Origin: Tubulanus polymorphus
Lineage: Eukaryota; Animalia; Nemertea
DNA: 64,000 nucleotides
Assembly (NCBI RefSeq): GCF_964204645.1
Contig: NC_134031.1
Location: forward strand, 9,982,001 to 10,046,000
Reading direction: 5' to 3'
Shown: positions 36,670-46,373 of the stretch, one piece after another
Position numbering within the stretch: position 1 is the first letter of the stretch
Layout of the letters: every line of letters starts with the position of its first letter
Program-made: the position numbers and the translations under genes
Notes under the pieces: model-generated
Database searches by the model: none
Told to the model about the DNA's origin: nothing
What the model saw: the letters and a program-made list of their open reading frames with translations, nothing else

Positions 36670-36753
36670 AAAAATTTTAAAATGCACATTTATATTATAT
36701 CTGACGCGCAATTAAATATTGTAAATTCTCAATTAAATAGTGTTATGTATTAA
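36670..36753 (+). pseudogene. Major capsid protein, displaced C-terminal fragment
   Basis: NFKMHIYIISDAQLNIVNSQLNSVMY* fits the terminal strand of this MCP type; not in the ORF track. Confidence 0.8.
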
Positions 36754-36785
36754 AATTTTAACTTTAATAAAAATTTATATAATAA

Positions 36786-37673
36786 ATGGAAGGAGGTAAA
36801 GTATATAAACATATTCCATACATCGATACACATGAAAATAATGATGGTTTATATTATGTAATACCTTGTAATATAGCTTTGATATTTGATCCTATTTTCA
36901 AAATTTATAAAACTAAACTAATAGAAATAGATAATAATAAAAGTGAAGTTGTTGATAATTTAAGTAATGTAATTGATACTAATGTAATACCTTCTACATC
37001 TAATAATGTAATACCTTCTACATCTAATAATGTAATACCTACTACATCTAATAATGTAATACCTTCTACATCTAATAATGTAATACCTACTACATCTAAT
37101 AATGCAATACCTTCTACATCTAATAATGCAATAATATTACATGTTAGTGAAAAAAGAAATTATTGTGATTATTGTAAAGGTGAATTTTCAAACGCTCCAT
37201 CAAATTGGAATAATCATATGAATACAAATTCACATATTACTAATGTTATAAAACGTGTTGGTTTAAGAGAATTTATAGAACACCCATTTAGATATGTTAC
37301 AAAGTTTGTTTCAAATCAAAAAGTAAATGGTAAAGAATTATATGAAGATTTATTATTAGCAACACCTAATAAAGATGAATTAGATTTAACCGATGCTATT
37401 AAATTAGAATCAAATATTGTAAACGAAATATTAGGAGCGAACACTAATAAAGATAATAATGAAAATACAGGAAAGCGCATTGATAATAAAGATTCTATGA
37501 AACTTAAATCAGAAAATAAAGATATAGTTGAGATGACTAATAAGTATATCAATAAACCAATTATTTATGAAGATACGGTAGAGCATTTGAATAAATTGTT
37601 AGGGTCTGATGATGAATTGGAGAGTGATGATGAAAGTGATTCAGAAAGTAATTATCTAACACTCAAAAAGTAA
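36786..37673 (+). CDS. Polinton accessory protein with NNVIP(S/T)TS repeats, Zn-finger-like motif and acidic tail (295 aa)
   Basis: Intact ORF with TAAATG start; ~6 x 24-bp repeat at ~36980-37130; YCDYC...HMNTNSH. Confidence 0.8.
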   Translation: MEGGKVYKHIPYIDTHENNDGLYYVIPCNIALIFDPIFKIYKTKLIEIDNNKSEVVDNLSNVIDTNVIPSTSNNVIPSTSNNVIPTTSNNVIPSTSNNVIPTTSNNAIPSTSNNAIILHVSEKRNYCDYCKGEFSNAPSNWNNHMNTNSHITNVIKRVGLREFIEHPFRYVTKFVSNQKVNGKELYEDLLLATPNKDELDLTDAIKLESNIVNEILGANTNKDNNENTGKRIDNKDSMKLKSENKDIVEMTNKYINKPIIYEDTVEHLNKLLGSDDELESDDESDSESNYLTLKK

Positions 37674-38039
37674 TAAAGGTTGAAAATTGTATAAAATAAT
37701 AGTAAATAAAAAAAAGGGTTTTAAGTATAAACATATCTGATACGTATTTAATACATATCTAATACATATCTAATACGTATCTAATACGTATCTAATACGG
37801 ATTTAATACATATTATTTGAAAATACCTTAAATTATATTTCTTTTTTAAATTTATATTGAAACCTCAGTAATAATAAATAACCTTTATTATTTTCAAACT
37901 TATTCATATAATAGTTGAAAAAATAAAAATAATTTGGTTGGAAATTGTATAAATAATATTTATTTTAAAAAAGGGGGTTTTAAGTATTAATGTATTTAAT
38001 ACGTATTAATACGTATTAGATAGATAGATATATAAACAG

Positions 38040-38651
38040 TTATTTTATAAATTTATATTCATATGGAAATTGTAGTCTCAGTAATAATTTTGAACCTTTA
38101 TTATTCTTTAATTTATTCATATATTCATCATGTAATTCAGTACGTATAATTTGATTTTCTTCCAATGATTGTTGCATAGATTTTTTATCTTTGTTATAAA
38201 ATAAAACTAGAAATCTTATATTCTCCCTAAAGTCTTTAACAATTGAAATATATTTTTGATTTAAAACCCATGTTGTTATCCCAAAATGTCTTCCAGAGAA
38301 AGCTAAATAACATAACTCACTTTCTCTCACTTTTGAATCATGTAAATTTGCGCAATCATCTACAATGAATAATGTATTTGATCCTTTATAAGTATCAATT
38401 GCTATTTTTATACAATTATCTAAATTTTCTTTTACTGTTTTAGGATCTAATATAATAAACTTTTTTATCTTAACTATATCCCTATTATATGTTTTATTCA
38501 TTTCATAAGTAGGACAGAATAATATTATATTATCAAAATGATTCTTATAAATAGTTTCTAACAAATCTAATATGAAATGTGTTTTACCACAATTGGTTAC
38601 TCCAGTTATTAACATATTATGTGGTTCAAATATAAATAAATCTTTATTCAT
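38040..38651 (-). CDS. A32/FtsK-like DNA packaging ATPase
   Basis: Walker A GVTNCGKT, Walker B FIVDD, GRHFGIT..LNQ motif. Confidence 0.93.
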   Translation of the reverse strand: MNKDLFIFEPHNMLITGVTNCGKTHFILDLLETIYKNHFDNIILFCPTYEMNKTYNRDIVKIKKFIILDPKTVKENLDNCIKIAIDTYKGSNTLFIVDDCANLHDSKVRESELCYLAFSGRHFGITTWVLNQKYISIVKDFRENIRFLVLFYNKDKKSMQQSLEENQIIRTELHDEYMNKLKNNKGSKLLLRLQFPYEYKFIK

Positions 38652-39729
38652 TTATTCTTTTAATTTTACTAGATAAAATCCATTCATTAAATTTATCATC
38701 ATATCCTTTATATTTCACCAAAGAATACTTCTTTCCTTTAAGAGTTTTTGTTTTCAATACTTTTTCTATTTTGTATTCTATTTCATCTGGATTTGGTACA
38801 AGTGATAATTCTTGTTCATAGAAATAACCTAATATTTCTTCATCTTTTAGATCTTCTAATTTATGAACAAAAGGTTTAGTTAATATTATCTTTTTAATCT
38901 TGAATATTTCTTCTGTAAAAGTTGGGGTATAACCTTTATAAAAGGTTTTTCTATATTTAGATATTCTAACGTGTTGTCCTATTTTAAATTTAGGTTCTCC
39001 AAAATCATGTGTAACAAACGCTCCATATAAATTATTCCAAACTATTTCTGAATTATCTTCTTTTCTAGCTTGTATAGGTTTCATATTTATAGAACTATGT
39101 TTAGAATTATTATAACCTTTCACTATATCATCTAATACATCGATATATTTATATGTTTCATTAGCAGTAAAGTATTTCCACATTCTAGATTTCAATGTTT
39201 TATTAAATCTTTCTATAATAGATGCTTTTTTATCTGAATGTGTTGAAAAATATTCTACATCGTTATCAGATAATAGTTTTTTAAAATATTTGTTATAGAA
39301 TTCCTTACCTTCATCAAATTGTATCTTATCTGGAACAGCTTCTTTAAATATTGATCTAAAAGCATTTGTCACTTCTATACCAGTTTTATTTTTGATTGGA
39401 ATTGACCATGCGTATCTTCTGAATATGTCTATAACATTTAATATCCAGAAATATCCTTTGTTGTATTCTTCTAAGTTCTTCATGTCAATTAAATCTGCTT
39501 GCCATTGTTGATCGATATATGAAACCATAACTTTTCTTGTTAAATAAGTTTTATCCATTTTCTTATGGATTTGATATGTTGGTTGATTTTGTAACCATGA
39601 TTTCAATTCACTATATTTTATATTTTCATTATCAGATTTAATTTTATTCCATAATTCTGAAACGTTAGAATATGATACTACACTTTCTGGGTTATAATAT
39701 AACTCTCTTAAATATTGTTCTTTTTTCAT
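38644..39729 (-). CDS. rve (retroviral-like) integrase with C-terminal chromo-like domain
   Basis: YYNP, WQADLID, QFDEGKEF, IERFNKTLK, YKIEKVLK...LVKYKGYDDKFNEWI. Confidence 0.95.
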   Translation of the reverse strand: MKKEQYLRELYYNPESVVSYSNVSELWNKIKSDNENIKYSELKSWLQNQPTYQIHKKMDKTYLTRKVMVSYIDQQWQADLIDMKNLEEYNKGYFWILNVIDIFRRYAWSIPIKNKTGIEVTNAFRSIFKEAVPDKIQFDEGKEFYNKYFKKLLSDNDVEYFSTHSDKKASIIERFNKTLKSRMWKYFTANETYKYIDVLDDIVKGYNNSKHSSINMKPIQARKEDNSEIVWNNLYGAFVTHDFGEPKFKIGQHVRISKYRKTFYKGYTPTFTEEIFKIKKIILTKPFVHKLEDLKDEEILGYFYEQELSLVPNPDEIEYKIEKVLKTKTLKGKKYSLVKYKGYDDKFNEWILSSKIKRINE

Positions 39730-39783
39730 CTTATTTTAATCCATTAATAATAATTTAGATTTAGTTTCAATGACTTTATGATT

Positions 39784-40134
39784 TCACTTATTTTCTGGTA
39801 TAATAGGTTTATTGTCTGTACACGGATAACTAAGTTTCCGATCATCATTGGAATCATCTTTATCATCAGATTTGAATTTTGATTTATATATTACACCGGA
39901 TAATATAATAACTGTTACTAATCCAATTGTAATATATAATTTATAATTACTTCCAGCATTAGAAGCATGAGATGGATTATTATTTGAATCAATATCAGAT
40001 AAAGTCTGTGATTCATTTATATCAGTTAATTTCTTTTTCTTAGCTTTTTTTAATTCTGAAGATCTTTTACCTAATTCTCTTGCCCATTTAATTTGTTTTT
40101 CAGATCTAACCTTTTTCTTAACGCTATCACTCAT
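39784..40134 (-). CDS. Polinton small basic TM protein (116 aa)
   Basis: Intact ORF overlapping its neighbour; homolog at 7492. Confidence 0.7.
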   Translation of the reverse strand: MSDSVKKKVRSEKQIKWARELGKRSSELKKAKKKKLTDINESQTLSDIDSNNNPSHASNAGSNYKLYITIGLVTVIILSGVIYKSKFKSDDKDDSNDDRKLSYPCTDNKPIIPENK

Positions 40135-40729
40135 TTATTTTAGTTAATTTTTGTTCTGATTCATTTTCTGTTTCGACGTTTGGTTGTAGTACATCTGTTT
40201 CATTCTTACCTGATTTATATTCCATAGGCTTGATATTCGAAAATGTTATGACGCCAGTAGAAATTAATTTCATAACCGATCCTAATTGAAATGAAGCATA
40301 TGCAACCCATTTTTGTAATTCAGTCATAACTAAATAGTCATTTTTCAAATCACTATATAATTTATTTTCATCATCAATTGGTATTAACAGGTTAAATAAC
40401 TTAGAATAACATTTGACAATACCATCTGAAATAGAATCATTTATTCTAGCTAATCTAGCTTCTTCATAAATCTTAAAATATTTTATTACTTTATCTGGTT
40501 TCATAGCATCTAATTCTTGAAAAGTAATGATTCTATTTAAGAACTCTTTAGATTTTCCACCAGCAATCAATAGTTCTAGATGGTGTTTACAATATAAATA
40601 GTATTCATAATCAATATTACAATTAACTTGAGCACAATTAGTTACAACTGTATCTTTATTATCACTTATACCCAAATCATCTAATGTCTTTTCAATATCA
40701 ATACTATTCTTACTCGATTTCTTTGACAT
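40127..40729 (-). CDS. Polinton conserved hypothetical protein (200 aa)
   Basis: Intact ORF; homologs at 6966, 49641 and 55781. Confidence 0.8.
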   Translation of the reverse strand: MSKKSSKNSIDIEKTLDDLGISDNKDTVVTNCAQVNCNIDYEYYLYCKHHLELLIAGGKSKEFLNRIITFQELDAMKPDKVIKYFKIYEEARLARINDSISDGIVKCYSKLFNLLIPIDDENKLYSDLKNDYLVMTELQKWVAYASFQLGSVMKLISTGVITFSNIKPMEYKSGKNETDVLQPNVETENESEQKLTKINE

Positions 40730-41034
40730 TTATATTAGAGAAATTTAATAAGAAAAATATTATAAGTATTATAAAATGATACTAGATAGTTAAAGTTAAA
40801 GAATTCTAGTATTGACTACTGATACTAGCTATTTGAATTTAAAGAATTTCTATTTGAATCTATTCAAAATATAAAGTATTCTCTTTTTGAAAACAAAATA
40901 TTAAAAATATAATAGAATTCACTAGCTAGTTGAAGTTATTGTTTTTTAAATACTTTTTATTTAAATTAGCATTTAATATCTCACTACTTTTGTTTATCTA
41001 TTAGGAGCAGTAATTATAACTGTCCAGATAAGTC

Positions 41035-41220
41035 ATTTCGGATCCTTGATATCAAATTCCTCAACGTATTGTTCATTATTTGGATCATTGTTCCATTGAT
41101 CAATAAATTTCTTTGCCTTTCTAGTTTATTAGATTTGATTTGATTTTCTTTCTTTTCAAGAGGTCTTAAATTTTTCCAATTCCAAATAAGTTTAAGTTTT
41201 TTATTGTATTCATCATTCCT
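41035..41220 (-). pseudogene. 3' remnant of a second HNH nuclease gene
   Basis: DEYNK...LIWNWKNLRPLEKKENQIKSN...KAKKFIDQWNN...DIKDPK*, paralogous to 42421-42620. Confidence 0.8.
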
Positions 41221-41540
41221 TTCCTTTTATAAATCAAATTTTTATTAAAATTGATTAACATTTTAGAATCCTCTTCCATTTCTTCGACTAACGTCATCCT
41301 TTTTCATTCCTCGCTGCTTTTGACAAGTCATTTCGGACCCTCGATAATAAATCCTCAACTGAAAATCAATTCAACGGAACGACTGGTGGAAATATTATTT
41401 CATAAAATAATGTAAATTTTAGCGATCGATAATAGAACAATGGAGAACAGTAGAAAAGCGGTCCAATCGGACCGGTTATTGCGCAATACTTAGTTAACAG
41501 AAAACAATCAATACAGAACAACCACCGCCATTAACAACGA

Positions 41541-42054
41541 TCAATAATAGAACAATGGAGAACAATAGAAAAGCGGTTCAATCGGACCGGTTACTGCGCA
41601 ATACACAGTTAACAGTAAACAATACAATATTAAAACAGATATATACAATCGAGATATCAAAAAATGTAATCTCGATTGTATATATCTGACTACTTCACTA
41701 AATGCTAATCCTAATATTTTGAGTTTTTCATATTTTATTAATCTACCTACTCTTCTCAGTTTTCTTTCAAAACCGGCACTGATATCTCCACTCATTTTCT
41801 TAGTTTTCGATTCTTTGAGTCCCAACAGCAATTTAAGTCGCGTTGCTGGTAATTTTGGTAATTGTAGTTCGCGCGGTAATTGTTTATTATGTATTACATC
41901 ACTCTAATGTTCTTGTAATTTTTGTGAAGTTTGTTCGTCAATTACGAGAGTTTTATCCTCCATTTCCATTGATTCCTGTGTTTCACTATCCGTCGTTTCT
42001 GGTTCCTCATCCGTTGGTTAGCTTGGAATTTCTGATTGATCTCTGTATTCCATT
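41541..42054 (-). pseudogene. Polinton accessory gene remnant (ISAGFERKLRRVGRL family)
   Basis: Homologous to 46374-46774 plus 48047-48370. Confidence 0.65.
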
Positions 42055-42420
42055 TTAATCTAAAAGATGTCGTGAAAATGAATTACTGTACTTAAATATG
42101 TTTAAAGGTTTCCCTACTTCATAATAACTACAAAAAACGGTACTTACACTTAGATTTAGAACTGTAAACTGTGTTTTGAGAGAGAATATCCAATACGTAC
42201 TATGTATGTGAAAGTTAATTTCTAACTGCCGACGTGGCGCACGTTCAACCAAACTAATTATTTCTGCACGTTTGCCTGGATTGTAACAGATGTTCCTTTG
42301 TGATGAAGTTAATTAATTCTTTAGAATTGAAAACAAGATATATTTGGCAACATATGTTTTAGTAGTAAGCAAAAGCTATGTATTATAGACATACAAAGCT
42401 CAAATAGAATTGCCAGCTTT

Positions 42421-43089
42421 CTAACCACTGATTAAAACCTCAGAATGCGGTTGATTCTGTGAAATACTATTCCATAATTCAACAAATGTCTTTGCTTTAT
42501 CCAGTTGATCTAAATATAACTGTAAATCTAGTTTATTAGATTTAATTATGTTTTCCTTCTTTTCTAAAGGCCTTAAATTTTTCCAACCCCAAATAAGTTT
42601 TTTATTGTATTCATCGTTCATGTTAAATTTAGATATTGGTAACACATGATCAATATGGTAATAATCCCCATAATTATCTTTATTCATTTTATCATCGAAT
42701 TGAAATATAATCCATGATTTTAAGAATTCATCTGAACAACCCAATAAATTAGATAGTGTTTCTGAATGTGTTTCTTTGTTGAATAATTGTGTTAATCTAG
42801 TCCTTAAGCATTGTTTCAATCTAAAATTAAGATCTGTTTGATATCTTTCTCTCATATATTCTGCCATATAATAATTATAATGTTCTATATTATCTTCTCG
42901 ATATTATTTGGTATATAGTTTAGTGCAAGTTTTACAGCAATATTGAAAACCATCTTTGCTAATCTTACGCTTATTGAATTCTGTTATAGCTAATTTATCT
43001 AATTCACACTTAGAACACTTCTTGTAGTATATATTTATGACGCCAGTGTTATTTGTAATATTGATAATTTGTGGTTGTTCTGATTCCAT
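42421..43089 (-). pseudogene. HNH endonuclease of giant-virus type, one frameshift
   Basis: CSKC...CKTC finger; LGCSDEFLKSW..QFDDKM..NYG..HIDHVLP...WKNLRPL..KEN..KSNK. Confidence 0.85.
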
Positions 43090-43110
43090 TTATTATACAT
43101 ATTTTTTTAC

Positions 43111-43349
43111 TAAATTGATTTTAGAAGTTCAATGATTTATATATGAATTATTTCAATCACACTTTACTAACACTTTTAATGTTTAAAAATCTAACTCATA
43201 CAAATATAAATATTGAAATAATGTTGTAAATATATCGATATATCTATTCTATAAGAGCTCGTTAATTACTCGTTACTTTTTTACTAACACTCTACTCACA
43301 CTTTTATATTGAATAATCTATCAATTTATATTTTATTCATGTAAATTAT

Positions 43350-43438
<89 letters not shown>

Positions 43439-43633
43439 TATTTTAAGAGTAATAGGGGTAATGGGCTTTCAGGTTAAAGGTTGAAGGGGCGAGTGAGTAA
43501 AAAATGAAAATAACAATAATTTACAGTTGAATTAGAGTGTGCGCGACTAATTCAACTGTAAATTATTGTTATTTTCATTTTTTACTCACTTCCCCTTCGA
43601 CCTTTGATCTGAAAGCCCATTACCCCTATTACT
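43111..43633 (-). repeat. Polinton B right TIR (terminal hairpin 43448-43633)
   Basis: Reverse complement of 8355-8894. Confidence 0.93.
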
Positions 43634-44672
43634 AACGAGGTATCAAAATAAAATAATATATTACTTTATTCGGCCGCCATCCTCGCTTGCCAGGTATCAC
43701 TCCCGAACTCGCTTCCACCAGCCCCCTGGCCTCACGAAGCGTGATTTCATTACTGGCGCTGTTGCGCATGACGTCATATATCGATTTGCGAAATACTTCC
43801 TTGTTCGGTAAAACGTTCGCTGATTGGTCTATTTAACGGGAAAACCAACAGAAGTCTACTGTCGGTTTGTTACAAGCGCTGTGATTGGTACGACCGGATT
43901 CTGGTCGGCTAGTAACGACTCCAACGACTCGTGAGGTCAAGGAGTTCGGGAAACAGCTTTAGCGTAGTGGGTTCGAATCCCTTGACGGGTGAAGATTTTC
44001 GGCCGCGGGCTTCAACCTCTATATCAATACCATAAATACTCTATATTTCCTACAGTACATACCGATCATTGTCAAATGCACAAGGTATTTACTAAATACA
44101 AGTATATAACACACTCCTATCCGTATGCTTGACTCACACTTGACATTCGGAGTAAGCCTTCGCTGTGGGGGAAAGGAGATCGTTCGCTGTGTCGCTTGAA
44201 GATTTTATCGAGTTTTATGCGACCTTAAGGATTTAGGCGTACCGGTACTGAGCTTAACTGTCTCAAACAAACACAATATAATTGTTGCGTTTATTAACGG
44301 ACTCATTGGATTGAACTTCAAAACAAAATTTACGATATTTAGGAGGGTTGTTATTCAATAGGCCTACGACCTATCCGTCCGGATGTTACGCCTACGTATA
44401 TACATAAGCCTACACAGGCTCGTAGCCTCTACTAGGTTAAAGCTAAGTTCACTGTCAATGAGGAATCAGATTTATTAAAATGCATGTTAATTAGTGATTA
44501 ACTGGTTCTGACTTGCAACGATCAATCACAATTATCAATTTTATTGGCAAAAATGAAGATTTTTTTTTAAAAATTTCGTCTGAGCAGACATCTTTATAAG
44601 CCAGACTTTTCATCTGAGTTTTTTTGATTATAAATGAAACTGGTATTTCATTAATTGCTAATGACTTCGAGC

Positions 44673-44995
44673 GAGCAGTGTGGGCGAGTGGTTAGAGCGT
44701 TCGACCCTGGGAAGCCAGGTCGTGTGTTCGAACCCCGTACATTACCATAGTGTCCTCGGGCAAGACACTTATCCTCATTGCCTCTCTCCACCCGGGGGTA
44801 AAATGGGTACCTGGTCTGATAGATGACTCCTGAGCGCCTAGTAGCCGCTCGGATGTTACTTCTCCCTAAGGAGAGATGACTGATACATGAATAGAGTTAA
44901 AGGCTGGGGGTAATAATACCAAAATTTGGAGCGCATTTGAACAGACTAGGTTTGGATACCTGCGCTATATAAATGAGTTATTATTATTATTATTA
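44673..44995 (+). mobile_element. tRNA-derived SINE
   Basis: A/B boxes (gagtggttagagc, gttcgaacccc), body gtgtcctcgggcaagacactt...aaaatgggtacc, tail gcgctatataaatg-(TTA)n. Confidence 0.85.
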
Positions 44996-45996
44996 CTTAA
45001 GCCAGACGTAGGTTGGCTTTGCGACAGCTTGTGACTCACTGCGGCGCCATTCACAGCGACCGCCATCGATGATTGTGTCGCAACGACTCATCGACCTACA
45101 CAGCTGACCTACGCGCTCTTGCAACTGGCAGAAACTATAGTCGCAAACAGTTGCTGACAATCGTATCGCAACCGACTTGCACCGAAACTTGAGATGCAAC
45201 GCAATGATTGCATCGCGTCGCAAGGCCGACCTACGTCCGGCTTTAAGTTACCGCGGAGCCCCAGAAATATCTTTTTTTCGTTCAAAAGACCTTTCGCTTG
45301 AAAATTCTTTCGTCGGAACAAAATTTATTTTGTTCGAACCAATAATATTCTGTTCGATTGAACCAATTTGAAACAATCGTTAGAGCAAAGCTGAACAAAC
45401 TTTTTTTTTGTCCAAACGAGAGGTTTTCGTTCGAACAATCGTTTGAAACATTCGTTCGAAAAAAAATTGTTTTCGCTCAACCAAATTTTAAGCCGGGACA
45501 AAAAGTTTTTCATTTCAACAAAAACATAGCTTTTTATTGGAACACATTTTTTGTCAGAATGAAGAAAAGTTTTGGTTCAAACAAAAAGTGTATTGCTCGA
45601 TCAAACAGAATTGTTTGCATTCGAACAAGATTTTCTTGTCGAAACATTAAGTTTTTTGGTCGAAAGGTGTGTTAAGGTCGTTTTGGAAATTTACTTGGTC
45701 TGGTATATTTCATTTGTCAGGACATTAACAAAAGACGACTTAGGATACTACCTTGCGTGACTCCACTAGTTAGACCGACTTATTCCAAGATGAGGCGGTT
45801 CGTTGATTTCGGCTACAAGTTTTCGTTCAGAGATAACTGCTGAGCCATTTGAGCAACCTATCATTGATACTGTTTCCTAATAGCCTGTTTAGTAATGGCT
45901 GATGTTGTGCCTTATCAAATGCTTTGTCGAAATCCACCGTTGAACAGGATTCTAAGACTGTGCAGAAAACCCGTTATCGCTGCTTTGCAGCTATAT
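44996..45996 (-). mobile_element. HINE/Helentron-like non-autonomous element
   Basis: TATAGCTGCAAAGCAGCG terminus; stem-loop aagcca-gacgtaggt-tggctt at the other end; close paralog at 61003-61660. Confidence 0.7.
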
Positions 45997-46373
45997 TTAG
46001 TTTTTATCTTTTCTAATTTCAATATTTTGTGTTCAATTTCTTTTGTAACATCGACTAATTTTTTTATTTCAAATTGTTTTTTTCTGTTGGTTCTATTCTG
46101 TTATCTATTGTTGCTAAGAATGCTTTTCTATCTCCCATTTATTATGGGGAAAAATTACTTGTGGTGATGAGTGGTGTCTCGACCGCACGACCTCTGGTAT
46201 GAAACCCCACTTTTACAATTACTGATATAATTCGGAGTTTACAGTTCGGGAGTTAAATGTAAGTACAGTTTTTGTTGTTATTGAGGCTATTAAATATGAA
46301 ACCTTTAAATATTTATATTAAGTATATCTTTTAGATAGCTAGAGTTACCACTAATATCTTTTAGATTAATAAA

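Larger units (their letters stand above)
8355..43633 (+). mobile_element. Full-length Polinton/Maverick (adintovirus-like) element B with nested insertions
   Basis: Termini AGTAAT/ATTACT; 6-bp TSD AACGAG (8349-8354 and 43634-43639); ~540-bp TIRs; pPolB, penton, MCP, ATPase and rve integrase genes. Confidence 0.96.

Noticed and set aside
40975-40995. Internal AGTAGT as a cryptic Polinton terminus
   Set aside because: Sequence similarity continues on both sides in A, B and C, with no TSD or TIR.
45109-45760. Cluster of short ORFs in the HINE-like element
   Set aside because: Products of degenerate tcgaac-rich repeats with no protein motifs.
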